From Hormiphora californensis (lineage: Eukaryota > Animalia > Ctenophora), in assembly GCA_020137815.1 (NCBI GenBank), contig CM035350.1, forward strand, positions 7,006,001 through 7,070,000: DNA of 64,000 bases, read 5' to 3'. The translations under genes were made by a program, and so were the position numbers. The number at the start of each line of letters is the position of its first letter. Positions within the stretch are counted from its first letter, which is position 1. Below the pieces are notes generated by a model that was not told the DNA's origin, made no database searches, and worked only from the letters and a program-made list of their open reading frames with translations. Positions 1-12,992 of the stretch are shown here, piece after piece.

Positions 1-906
1 GTGTTACATAGTGTTACATAGTGTTACAAAGAGTTACAAAGTGTTACAAAGTGTCACAAAGTGTTACATAGTGTCACAAAGTGTTACAAATTGTTACAAA
101 GTGTTACAAATTGTTACAAAAACACAAGGATTTGTAGCGAAGCAAATTTTCAATTGATTTTGGAAAAATTTTATTTCTTTTTCAACAGAAACGTTGTATA
201 TCATCTTATTAAGTACAAAGAATCGATTACCAATGAAAAAAGTCGATTGGGTCACAACTCACAGGTGACTCAGCACATTGGGGGCCTCTGAGAGGCACAA
301 TACTTCTAATATCACTCTAAAAACTTTACCGTTGTCTAAAGTTCATACTTTTCTTTACCAAATGGACTATTTCAGCCCTGATTTCCACAGTCGATGACAT
401 CGGAGGCTCAAAACATCCGCAAATTAGTAAAAAAGTGTATGTTTTAACCCTAGAAATGATTTAAAACTTTTAGATGTGTTCTAGAAAGACACCAAAGTCG
501 TTCAAATTACTTATTCACCAACCGTTGAAAATTTGCTTCGCTACAAATCCTTGTGTTTTTGTAACAATTTGTAACACTTTGTAACAATTTGTAACAATTT
601 GTAACACTTTGTAACAATTTGTAACACTTTGTAACACTATGTAACACTTTGTAACACTATGTAACACTTTGTAACACTATGTAACACTTTGTAACACTAT
701 GTAACACTTTGTAACAATTTGTAACACTTTGTAACACTATGTAACACTTTGTAACACTATGTAACACTATGTAACACTATGTAACACTTTGTAACACTAT
801 CTAACACTTTGTAACACTATGTAACACTTTGTAACATGTGCAGAAAACTTTTTGTGCACGTTACATGTTACAAAGTGTTACAAAGTGTTACGTGTCACCC
901 CCCCCC
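1..906. mobile_element. Foldback-type non-autonomous TIR element, left end outside the window
   Basis: 10-bp tandem arrays GTGTTACAAA (1-120) and its complement GTAACACTTT (~560-835). Unique inverted arm AACACAAGGATTTGTAGCGAAGCAAATTTTCAA (~121-153) pairs with ~525-557. Ends in GTCA-C9 at ~906. Confidence 0.8.
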
Positions 907-1321
907 AAGAGAAGAGAAGATTTTCCAGTGTGTTTCAAAGTATGATAATAACACCGATGTTACTCAGTATCTTAGAAAGTATGGTTATATTACTGGACCT
1001 TGAATATGATGAACTTGAAGAGTAATACAACTGTGGTTATTTATTAATTATTAGATTTTTGTGCAGTGAATACAAGACTTTTATTTCTTCCTGAAAAGTG
1101 AAGCCAAACGCGCTTTGATTATACGATACGAGAAGGCTAAGCGTCTAATTGGTACCACTCCTTAGCGTGTAGAATCTACACTGTAGATCTCCGAATGTAT
1201 GATGCCATTAATTACATACAGAGGGCATAACAGGTGGGCATAACAGGTGGGCATAACGGCCGGCTAGGATACCGGTATGCCCACCACCACTATGCCGCAA
1301 TATACCTGATTTGGTTGGTGG

Positions 1322-1390
1322 CTGTCTGGCGCCGCGACCCATCTGAGCGCACTGTTGAGAATCAAATTGGGGTCTGGCGCCGCCAGACAG
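1322..1390. mobile_element. 69-bp micro-transposon, family A (CTGTCTGGCG TIR)
   Basis: TIR CTGTCTGGCG...CGCCAGACAG. 8-bp TSD GTTGGTGG at 1314-1321 and 1391-1398. Confidence 0.8.
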
Positions 1391-1529
1391 GTTGGTGGGC
1401 ATAACGGTCGGCTAGGGTACCCTTCTGCCTACTGACTTGTTTGCCCACCACTGGTGGGCATACCGGCAGGAGGCATAACGCCCCGTATTCATCAATCCTG
1501 CTTCGGTGGGGTTGTATAATAGGTAAATG

Positions 1530-2018
1530 TTAGGGCGTTCTGGTACATGTAATTTGGTAAAACCCGACCCTAAACTGGAGAAATCAGAAATTCTAAGAAT
1601 AATAAGAACACGGCTACCTGAATTGCCCGTTTGGTTAGTTTCTTGATTTCCAGCCTCACGTATTCAGCATCGATTGTCGTCTCACGTCGCATGTTCGCTA
1701 TTAGACACGACAACTTTCGGAGGTTTCCAAATATCAGATCGCTCTCTTTGGACATGCCCTGGCGTGCCTTCTCCAGTGCCTGTAGCCTCAGCTCCTCCGC
1801 CGTGGGCCCGGAACTCACTGCGGGGGAGGAGTGGGTGTCACATTACTGAAACATGAACCAGTGTTATATATCCGATATGTGATCCCGTGTTTACCTCCTG
1901 ACCGCGATTTCCACCTGTTGGCATATTTAGCTGCATTACCCAAACCCCGCAGGGTCATTCGAACAGGGGGTGTGTTCGCATTAGACGCCCTCAGTCGGGC
2001 CGACAAGGAGGTACTCAT
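1530..2018 (-). CDS. Predicted 3-exon orphan gene, 122 aa, basic, unknown function
   Basis: Exons 2018-1895, 1817-1618 and 1574-1530 join in frame via GT..AG introns (phases 1 and 0): MSTSLSARLR...SRSG-V-SSGPTAEELRLQALEKARQG...KRAIQ-FRVGFYQITCTRTP*. TATATA box at ~2225-2231 (-). No homology recognised. Confidence 0.5.
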
Positions 2019-2684
2019 CTATATTGGTGTGTGATTGATGTTGCTCAGAAACTGTCTGGCACCGCTAGACCCCGTTTTGACAGTTCGGTGGTTAGAGGTG
2101 TCAAACAGTTCAGTTTTCGAAAACTTTTGGTTGTGAAGTGTGAGCTGTGATGGTGATTCTCACAAAGAAAAGGGTGTAATCTTGATGAAAAGCTGTTGAT
2201 GAAAAACCGTTTGGATTCTCAGCGATATATAGTGCGGTCAGATCGGGTCGGCACCGCCAACAGATGAAAAGAGCGAGTGTCTCTCTAAATCTAATTTAAT
2301 GATGTCGATGACATGGTGTCAATTAAAAAGCGGTTGTATGATATTGATATCTGTTCAAAAGATACCTGAAGCCCTGTTACCGACGCGCCATTTATAGGCA
2401 ATTTTAGAAGCCAGCTCAATACTTGACATCTTAGTTGGTAGAAGTGTGGCCGCCATAATGTTCTCTATCTAGATATCGCAGCGGGGAGGTTTAAAAAGAA
2501 GGGCCTCATTACATGAATTTTAATCGGTGTGCTGTTGAAAAACTGTGCTTTTTATGCATCACACAATCACACTATTTTCTTCGAAAATGAGCTGAAAGAC
2601 GGCCGACAAAGCAAAAAAGAAGAACACAGATTGTCTAACACCACAGCAATCAAGAAAGAGGGATGGAGAGAATCAACATAGTGA

Positions 2685-3180
<496 letters not shown>

Positions 3181-3997
3181 CTCTAAAACTCCCCCTCTCT
3201 TTCTCTCGATTTAGAGTGTGGTTAACATCTTCGGAAGAGGGTACGGTACGAAGTTCCGACCTCAGACGCCACCTAGAGAGTGTGCCCATTACAGGGTGAC
3301 AGGTGCAGAGTACTACATGGCGGGGAAGAGTGATAGAGAGATAGGGTGAGAAAGGGAGTGGAGAGAAGCAGTGGTGAGGGGGAGAAATGAGTTTAGAAAT
3401 GGCTGCAGATGTCAGCTGAAAGTGATATGACTGAATATCAGTATATCATATGCACGATCGAATAAGAACGTCTTTATTCACATGCGATTTATGGCAGACC
3501 AATCTTTGCATTTGGGAGGTAATGAATTTAGGGACAGTTTCTTCTAATTTGTGCCCTCACGTTTCTCTCCTTTCCGTATGCCACCTGAGGTCCTGTATTC
3601 ACAAGCTACGAGACCTAATGTGGTTTTTACGGCAATCAAAGTTGCTATTGTGATATTTTTTAAATTATCCGCTCCCCCACGTTTATGAAATAGTGGGAAT
3701 TGTAAGACTAAGTGCATGCAACAATAAATATGGAAAAATGGGTGTGCGTTAGATGTTTGAGTACACAATTCCTTATCACAAATTGAACAGGTGAATCTCT
3801 CCTGATTATTATGATAAGGAACTCTAGCTAATCTGACACCAGGATTCAGAACCTATTTGAAGTGCACACCATACATGTTTCGCTCTGTCTCGTCCGAACA
3901 CTGTTCGGAGGAAATAGAGAGAGAGGACAAGGATCTTTAGGCAAGTGCAACTTCTTGCTATGCTTCTGCCTACCAAGCTGTCCGGGGTACACAAATG

Positions 3998-4727
3998 CTA
4001 TAATGGTAACATAATGGCCACATGATAGCCACATAATGGCCACATGATGGTAACATAATGGCCACATGATGGTAACATAATGGCCACATAATGGCCACAT
4101 AATGGCCACATAATGGCCACATAATAGCCACATAATGGCCATATAATAACCACATAATGGCCACACCCTGGCCACATAATGGCCACATAATGGTTAAATA
4201 ATGGCCACATAATGGCCACATAATTGTAACATAATAGCCACATAATGGCCACATAATGGCCACATAATAGCCACATAATTGTAACATAATGGCCACATAA
4301 TGGCTACATAATGGCCACATAATAGCCATATAATGGCCACATAATAGCCACATAATAGCCACATAGTAGCACATAATGGCCACATAATAGCCACATAATA
4401 GCCACATAATGGCCACATAATGGTAACATAATGGCCACATAATGGCTTCATAATAGCCACATAATAGCCACATAATTGTAACATAATAGCCACATAATGG
4501 CCACATAATAGCCACATAATAGCCACATAATAGCCACATTATAGCCACATAATAGCCACATAATAGCCACATTATAGCCACATAATGGCCACATAATAGC
4601 CACATAATGGCCACATAATAGCCACACAATGGCCACATAATAGCCACATAATAGCCACATAATAGCCACATAATAGCCACACAATAGCCACATAATAGCC
4701 ACATAATGGCCACATAATAGCCACATA
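3998..4727. repeat. 11-bp minisatellite (CACATAATRGC)n
   Basis: Seen directly. It explains the MWPLCGHYVAI ORFs. Confidence 0.95.
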
Positions 4728-5039
4728 CTGACGTGATGATGTAGGGGGTTCCACAAGGAGTTGCTGGCTTGTTATTGGTCCTCGACCAGGCTGCTGGCCG
4801 GCCCCGTGTCTCACTTTTGTTACCAACATTTCTACACGTCTTTCTTTCTACGGTCCGGGTATTGATTGGGGTTTGAATTGATTAACAGTCGGTATGCGGC
4901 ACCAAAACAAAGGTCGCAATTAGAACTGACAGCAGCAAATCTGCCATAACGAGCATTCAACAATGATTTGACTTGTTCTTTTTGCTGTTGTCAGACATTG
5001 AACAATCTGAACACTAGACAATGATTTACAGGCATGACC

Positions 5040-5212
5040 TGATTACTCTTCACAGAAGACCTTCCTGATACTATCATGCTGTGCCTGAAGAGATTCCTGA
5101 CAGTCGCATGCTAACCCTGAAGAGATTGCTGACAGTCTCACGCTAACCCTGAAGAGATCCTTGACAGTCTCACGCTAAGCCTGAAGAGATCCCTGACAGT
5201 CTCATGCTATGC
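5040..5212. repeat. ~32-bp tandem repeat (CTGAAGAGATYCCTGACAGTCTCAYGCTAACC)
   Basis: About 4-5 degenerate units seen directly. Confidence 0.8.
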
Positions 5213-5812
5213 ATGTCTACGAAGGATAATCACTGCATGACAGATAGATGTTTAATTTGTGCCCTAATTTTAGGTCCTTTTAGAACCGCAGATAGGACGA
5301 AATTTTGTCAGATAAGAGCATTGATAGGATTAAATTATGGCACATTATATATGAGACATACATCTATCACGGTTCAGAATTAGACTGATGGCACATAAAT
5401 CTTTCAAACGAAGAACGCCAGCAAAAACGATGAATGAACTCTTAATCTTATCGCCATTGCATTATCAAGTTTTAGGATCCGGATTAGACAAATTTAAAGA
5501 TCTTGTTGTTTTGACGAGCACCAGACGTCATACTACGATTATATCATTTTAGATTCGAGATAATATCTTATTGACAAATTCAAAACAAAACAGATGGTCA
5601 CCATTGAAAATAACTGGAACAAAGCTAGACGAGATCTTAGCATGATACTGGTAGTAAATCTATTGGAGAAGAGGTGGGCGACAAGACGAAGACCACACTT
5701 CTGCATGAACTACTCTTGTTCTAATTTTAACAGTAGTCACTACCTTCAAGGGGGTGACAAGCAGAAACGAGAAGGGAGAGAGAGAGAGAAAGAGAGATAG
5801 GGAGAGAGAGAT

Positions 5813-5948
<136 letters not shown>

Positions 5949-6324
5949 GAGAGTGAGAGTGAGAGAGTGAGAGAGTGAGAGAGTGAGTGAGTGAGATATA
6001 GGAGGGATAGACGGTGCTTTCAGTATCTTCATGCTCACGTGGATAACCAAGCACAGATCACAAAAAGAACCGCCCCCACGCTTTTAAGCTTTTTCGGCTA
6101 CAAAATGTGGCCTAGTAGGCTGCCTACAAGATGTCGTATCGGTAATTTCCAAGCAGCGTGTACAAGTATAACTATAAATTGTGGTGAAGCCGTCAAACAC
6201 TGTTCAGAGACACGTCATGCACATTAATCAGTTCAAGACACACAGCTTTCTACATCTGAACACTTGCAGGCCACCAACAAGTCAGTTAAATAGATAGATA
6301 ACTCAGTATAGTAACCCCAATCAT

Positions 6325-6582
6325 ATGGCCTCCCTTGCACCTCCGGAAATATCCCGGAGACGTCCCCGGAGATCTCCCAGCTGGGGGGGGGGGGGGGAAT
6401 TGCAATAAAAAACCACCAGAGACGAAATCTACTGCCAGAAGTGACTCAGTGACAATTCTGAATTCTGACACACTTTTTTGGCGGTGCATAACTTCTCGGG
6501 CGGTGTATCTATTATAGTCCCCCAGCTGGGAGATCTCCCGGGGACGTCTCTGGGAGATCTCCGGAGGTGTAAGGGAGGCCAT
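6325..6582. mobile_element. MITE with ~60-bp TIRs; related degenerate copy at ~20417-20657
   Basis: GGCCTCCCTTGCACCTCCGG...CCCAGCTGGGG pairs with CCCCAGCTGGG...CCGGAGGTGTAAGGGAGGCC. No clean TSD. Confidence 0.8.
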
Positions 6583-7482
6583 TAAGTTGTTGAGTGGGGT
6601 GAGAGTTGTGAAAACTCACCAATCCAAAGCCGGTAGATACTGTAAATTCAGTAACTCAGTAGTTTCACATCTGTATAAAATCGGTCCCTTGTCAGCGCTG
6701 GTTTGTGTATTGCTTGATGACGCTTGTCAGCGCATTTTCCCATAGTGCAACTCTACACAAACGCGCGCACCGAGTGAATCACACTCGCGCCGAATACTCC
6801 TACCAAATCATGACCGCGCGTTCCATCGGTAGACCTTACGGAAGTCCGTTATACAGAAGTGAGACCAATCAATGACACGGCGAATTAACTGAACTTCGAA
6901 AAAAACGGTACGGTTTAAACAGAGGGGGAAATAAAAACATCACAACCCGAGTACACATGCAATACAAATACACATTCAGGGAGAGAGAACGTCCTATGAG
7001 AAGTCTATATATCAAGTCTATAAATAACCCGGCTTGCAATACAAATGTAGCGTGTCCATTATCCAGGGTTCTTCTGTAACACATATCCTTTGGATCACAT
7101 CATGTGGTGTTTTCAGTAATTCAACCCGGATCCTGAGGGATAATGAGAGAGATATTAGCTAAACAACCCGCAACTTACAAACTGTACACACACGGGGGTA
7201 GACTCACACACAGTGCGAGTATACTACTGCTATAGACCTACAATGGCGACCACATGTTATCAATTACCAACCCCTTAGCAACACAGAGGTTGAAAATAGC
7301 AACTATTTAATATGTGGATTGTGGGACAATACCTGAGGCACCGGTAGCAGTTGTAGGCAGTACGTTTTCCCCGGCTACTAATCCTAGAATGAGCTGCAGT
7401 GGTACCAGCCATACACACAGCGTGAAGTAACCAATAATCTGGGAGGGGGGGTATTAGGGATAGCTTGAGGAGTTAGGATATT

Positions 7483-7548
7483 TTGGTAATGAAATTAGTA
7501 ATTACCGCTCATCGCGAGCTCCCGTAATAGGGGTGACTTCGTAACCAA
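7483..7548. mobile_element. 66-bp micro-transposon, family B (TTGGTTACGAAG TIR)
   Basis: Ends TTGGTAATGAAA and CTTCGTAACCAA. Direct repeat TAGGATAT(T) on both flanks (7474-7482, 7549-7557). Confidence 0.7.
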
Positions 7549-7829
7549 TAGGATATTGAGGTAACGGGAATATAGGACTATAATAGGACTATATTTTTTA
7601 TAGGAGCTAATAAACTCACCTGAGAGAAGGAGAGAAAGCGGTCTCTGAAGAAGTAGTACGCTGTGATGTGGTTTATAACCATTAGTACTGAAGGAGGGGG
7701 AAGAAATATTTAGCATTTTAATACGCATAATATCCCACTCAGTTATATAACTACCCCCAGTACTGAAAGAGGGGAAAGAAATATATGTTAATTTCTAATA
7801 CTATCCCACTCAGATTTAACCGCCAGTTA

Positions 7830-8097
7830 CGGGTGGGCCAGAAACATGGAGCCACTTGGAGATAAGAATTGAAAAAATACAATCCTCTCTCCATTGTACT
7901 GATCCACATTTCAACGTGTTACCCTGTCAGTTGACAGGCCGATAATTGTTAGGAAAGGGTTACTCTCTGTCAATCTCAATCCTCAGGGGACACTTTTTCT
8001 AGTAAATACACCGTGAAAATTACACTGTACATTGGAGAGCGAACTGTATTGACACATAAGTTATCTCAAAGTGGCTCCATGTTTCTGGCCCACCCTG
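7830..8097. mobile_element. Tc1/mariner-type MITE
   Basis: TIR C(A)GGGTGGGCCAGAAACATGGAGCCACTT-GAGATAA. TA on both flanks (7828-7829, 8098-8099). Confidence 0.85.
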
Positions 8098-8144
8098 TAT
8101 TTTCAATTATTGTTACTAACTACTACCCGTACCCCCAGTGTCCC

Positions 8145-8212
8145 TTGGTTACGAAGTTACCCCTTGCCAGCGTGCACAAAGGTCGCCTTTAGAGGGGTTA
8201 TTTCGTAACCAA
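8145..8212. mobile_element. 68-bp micro-transposon, family B
   Basis: TIR TTGGTTACGAAGTTACCCCT / AGGGGTTATTTCGTAACCAA. 8-bp TSD AGTGTCCC at 8137-8144 and 8213-8220. Confidence 0.85.
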
Positions 8213-8505
8213 AGTGTCCCTCACTGTTACCTATGAGTCCAACAAATCGTAATGAGAACATGTCAATACAAGGGTAGTGCTGTAGGACCAGGAAGGCTAC
8301 CCCTATCATAGCTAGCCCAAAGAAAAGGTGAATAATTCCCGTGTCCTCGAACAGGAATAGAACCACAAATGATGTGCCAACTACCTGGGAGAGAGAGGGG
8401 AAGAGTGTTAGAGTTTTTCTTCCTTCACACAGAAAATATTAAGATTCGGAGAGAGAGATATTTCGAGTTATAAGACGGCAGGGCACACATTTACGGGGAC
8501 ATAAT

Positions 8506-8982
8506 GTATTATGTATGCTATGGAATAGTTGTAATATATATCTGTTAACCTACAACTTGGCTCCATTTGAATATTTGTTTTGATATCCCCGCATACTCCT
8601 CTATCATCTCAGTGAGATAGAACAACCCCGATGCTGAAAAGGGGGTGGATTAGAGAACAAAATGATAATGGGGTTTCCACAGTTCCTACATTTATAATCA
8701 GAATCACAAAAATAATGACACACTTGTACAAGTGTGATACATCAGTACAGTACAGACTACAGTACAGACTACAGTACAGTACAGTACAGTACAGTACAGT
8801 ACAGTACAGACTACAGTACAGTACAGTACAGTACAGGCTACAGTACAGTACTTGTGGGGACTCACCTACACAAACAGTGGCGAAGATAATTTGTAGGAGG
8901 AAGGCGGTCCAGTGGAGGATGGCAAAAACAAAACCCATCTTGTGCTAAAATGGAGTGTTTCATGATTATCACCATGTGAGAA

Positions 8983-9055
<73 letters not shown>

Positions 9056-10230
9056 GATAGGTTGCTATATTGTCAGTGCTCCATCTGTTTGGGTGGCAGA
9101 CTGCCACCCAAACAGGCACTGGCAGTGGTTTTATATCTTTAGGCTGTGCAGTGTACAGTGGCAGCGATGTAGATCAATAGCGCCCCTCCCTCCCGATATG
9201 TATAAGTACCAGAATGGTGATCGTGAAGAATCTAACTTATGTTTTTAGCATGTAAATTGTAGGGCCATGACTAAATGTATGCTAAAAGCCGACCCGTTCC
9301 CCGGCCACAGCCCTTGTCTCATATAAGACCGTCCTCTTTGCACCGGGGTGTGCGATGTACAGTCAGTGCCTGACAACCACAGCCCTACTTCACAGCTGTA
9401 CTATACGTGGGAGCTACCCACGTCCACACTACTATTTGGTCACACTACTTCCTAGCAGAAAAGGACACTCCGGTGCACACACCCCACCCATTGTATGGCA
9501 GACAGACATTGTTACTTTGTGTCTGCCTCAGAGTTTGGAGGAGAACGTCATCCAACAGAGATCATTGTTCAACGAGACAGAGCCCCCATTCTACCTTTGA
9601 TCCGGACAAACAAGAAGAGCTATTATCATTCTTCATCGTCCCAGTTCCGACTAGTAACAATGAGACAATGAGACGCACCTTTTAACAAGAGCTCTAAGCT
9701 CCTTTTTTCACAATGGCGGACTCCCCGGTCCCTGTCTATTGTTGTTCGAGGTGACACAACGGCACGACAAATTCCTTTGTCCTCTTGTCCCGTTTAAAAG
9801 CTCTACCTTCTACTTTCTGGCCACCATTTCTAAGCGATGAAGTTTCTCATTTGTGTCGCACTTGTGGCACTAGCCAGCGCTACTCCTGACCATGCCACCA
9901 ATATCAACTCTGCCTTCGAATCCGCGTTGAAGAAGTACCGTCCTGCGGACCATGACCGGCTCTTGAAGAGGGGTGAGGATAATGCGGAGATGCAGGATCG
10001 ACTCCAAAACTTCCGAGAATCTACCCAGACTGTTGAGGATTGTAACGATGACCACACCACTCAGTAAGTTAAATTACCAATTTGGAATCACCACAAAACA
10101 TAGTAATCACCACCCAACCTTCACCTTCCTTTCCATCACCACCCAACCAACACCTTTCTTTCTTTTAGTTTTAGCTGTTTATTGTATTGTATTTTTATTC
10201 CGTCAACCCTCCCCCCTTCAACCCACCCAT
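8506..10230 (+). repeat. Direct duplicate of 11806-13570 (cathepsin upstream region, exon 1 and start of intron)
   Basis: Colinear near-identity, including the (CAGTA)n and (GA)n tracts, with several indels. The exon 1 copies differ at two synonymous sites (TTG/TTA, CGT/CGC). Confidence 0.9.
9837..10063 (+). CDS. Duplicate exon 1 (signal peptide and propeptide) of the cathepsin gene; exon 2 not present in this copy
   Basis: Protein identical to 12993-13219, with the same CA|GTAAGT donor. Followed by degraded sequence. Confidence 0.6.
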
Positions 10231-11790
10231 ACCTTACACAGATTTCTAACACCCCTTCCAACCAGACCAAAAACACCCCTCCCCAGCAAGCCAACCAAGA
10301 AACACGCCCCCGAAACACGAAAGAAAAACCGCCGAACCAAAACCACTAACACCCCCGCTCCCGCAAAACCACAACACGCCCCCGCCCGGCGCAAGAAAAA
10401 CCAACAACACCAACCGACAGAACGCCACGACCCACTAACAACCACACGCCCCCAGCAAAAAACACACCCCGCGCGCGAACAACGACAAACAACCCCCCCG
10501 CGCGAACGAGACCAAACACCCCCCCGTCCGAAGACGAGACCAAACACCCCGCCCGCGCAAGTCGAACCAAGAACACCCCTCCCGCGCGAAGCATACCACA
10601 AACACCCCCCGGCCGAACAACCCAACAACCCCCCCCGGCGCGAACAAAACCACAACACCCCCGCCCGCCAACAAGACCAACACCCCGCCCGCCAACCAGA
10701 CCACGAAAGAACGCCCCGCCGCGAATCAGACCAGAACACGCCCCGCCCGGCCAGCCATGACCACAAACCCCGCCGGCGCAAGCCAAACCAAAACACCCCG
10801 GCGCGAGGACACCCAACACGCCCCCCCGCTGAACCAGACCAAGAACACCCCCCGTCAAACAACCACAAAACACGCCCCCCCGCCGAAGCAGACCACGAAC
10901 AACGCCCCCCGCCGAAGCCAACACACTACCCCTCCCGTCCAAGCCAAGACCACAACACCCCCCCCTCGCTAAGCCGAGACCACAAACACCCCCCCCGCGC
11001 TAACCTATAGCCAACAAAACACCCCCCCTCCAACCAACAAACTACACCCCCTCCCAGCCATAACGCAAACCCAAACCCCCCTCGCAACCTAAAACCACAA
11101 CAGCCCGCCCACCTGAACCAACCACTAACACCCCGCTCAACTAACCAAAAACCCGACCCCACCATCAACAAACACCCCCCCGCGAATCAAACACCACCAC
11201 GCCAACCAACCACACCCCCCCGTCTGCATCCAGACCACTAACACTCCCCTCCCTTCTCTAATCAAACCACTAACACCCCCCCCCAACGAACCAACAACAC
11301 CCCCCCCTGCTAACCAACGAAACACCCCCCCTCCAATCCTAACCACAACACACCCCGCCCGTCTAATCAACCCACAACACTCCCCTCCCTTCTCAACCAT
11401 ACCAAAGACACCCCCTCCTTCCTAACCAACCACTAACACCCCCCCTCCTAACCATACCACAAGCACACGTCCCCCCCTCTACCTAGACCAATAACACCCC
11501 CCCTTCTCTAACCAACACTAACACCCCCCTCCCCTATCAAAACCCCTCCCTCTCAACCATACCACAACCCCCCTCCCTTCCAATCCAACCACTAACACCC
11601 CCTCCCTCTCAACCAGACCCAACCACCCCCCCCGCCCAGACCACTAACCCCCCTCCTTAAGCCATACCACAACACCCCCCGCCAACCAACGACTAACCTC
11701 CCCCCTCGCAGCAGAGCACTAAACCCTCCTCCATCCCTCCCCCTCCCCTTTACCTAACCCCTAACACCCCTCCTCCTAAAATCCTATTTT
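10230..11790. other. Degraded, low-quality read over a ~32-bp intronic tandem repeat
   Basis: C/A-rich, with blurred periodic copies of CTAACCATACCGCTAACACTCCCCTCCCTTCT, which is a single clean copy at ~13606-13637. Confidence 0.75.
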
Positions 11791-12288
11791 CAAGCGACCG
11801 TGATAGTATTATGTATGCTATGGAATAGTTGTAATATATAATATCTGTTAACCTACAACTTGGCTCCATTTGAATATTTGTTTTGATATCCCAGCGTACT
11901 CCTCTATCATCTCAGTGAGATAGAACAACCCCGATGCTGAAAAGGGGGTGGATTAGAGAACAAAATGATAATGGGGTGCCCACAGTTCCTACATTTATAA
12001 TCAGAATCACAAAAATAATGACACCATTGTACCAGTGTGATACATCAGTACAGTATACATAGTACAGTACAGACTACAGTACAGTACAGTACAGTACAGT
12101 ACAGTACAGTACAGTACAGTACAGTACAGTACAGTACAGTACAGTACAGTACTTGTGGGGACTCACCTACACAAACAGTGGCGAAGATAATTTGTAGGAG
12201 GAAGGCGGTCCAGTGGAGAATGGCAAATACAAAACCCATCTTGTGCTAAAATGAAGTGTTTCATGATTATCATATCACCAGGTGAGAA

Positions 12289-12323
<35 letters not shown>

Positions 12324-12992
12324 AGGTGAGAGAGAGGAGGCGATAGGATGTTATTGTCAGTGCTCCATCTGTTGGAGTGGCAGTGGTTTTAATTCTTTGT
12401 GCTGTGCAGTTGCAGTGATGTAGTTGAATGTTGTTTGAACAAGGCAAGTTGAATAATGATCGTAAAGAATCTAACTAATGTTTTTAGCATGTAGGGCCAT
12501 TATTAAATGTATGCTAAAAGCCGACCCATTCCCCGGCCACAGCCCTAATTCACAGCTGTATGTGGGAGCTACCCACGTCCACACTACACTATTTAGTCAC
12601 ACTACTTCCTAGCAGAAAAGGACACTCCGGTGCACACCCCACCCATTGTATGGCAGACAGACATTGTTACTTTGTGTCTGCCTCAGAGTTTGGAGGAGAA
12701 CGTCACCCAACAGAGATCATTGTTCAGGGAGACAGAGCCCCCCCATTCTACCTTTGATCTGAACAAACAAGAAGAGCTATTATCATTCTTCACCGTCCTA
12801 GTTCCGACTAGTAACAATGAGACAATAAGACGCACCTTTTAACAAGAGCTCTGAGCTCCTTTTTCACAATGGCGGTCTCCCCGGTCCCTGTCTATTGTTG
12901 TTGGAGGTGACACAACGGCACGACAAATTCCTTTGTCCTCTTGTCCCGTTTAAAAGCTCTACCTTCTACTTTCTGGCCACCATTTCTAAGCG

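Noticed and set aside
3846-4829. ORFs with MWPLCGHYVAI repeats
   Set aside because: Translations of an 11-bp minisatellite.
9973-11400. 345-aa Pro/Arg/His-rich ORF and antisense Gly-rich ORFs
   Set aside because: They lie in a degraded read of an intronic minisatellite. T-poor composition explains the lack of stops.
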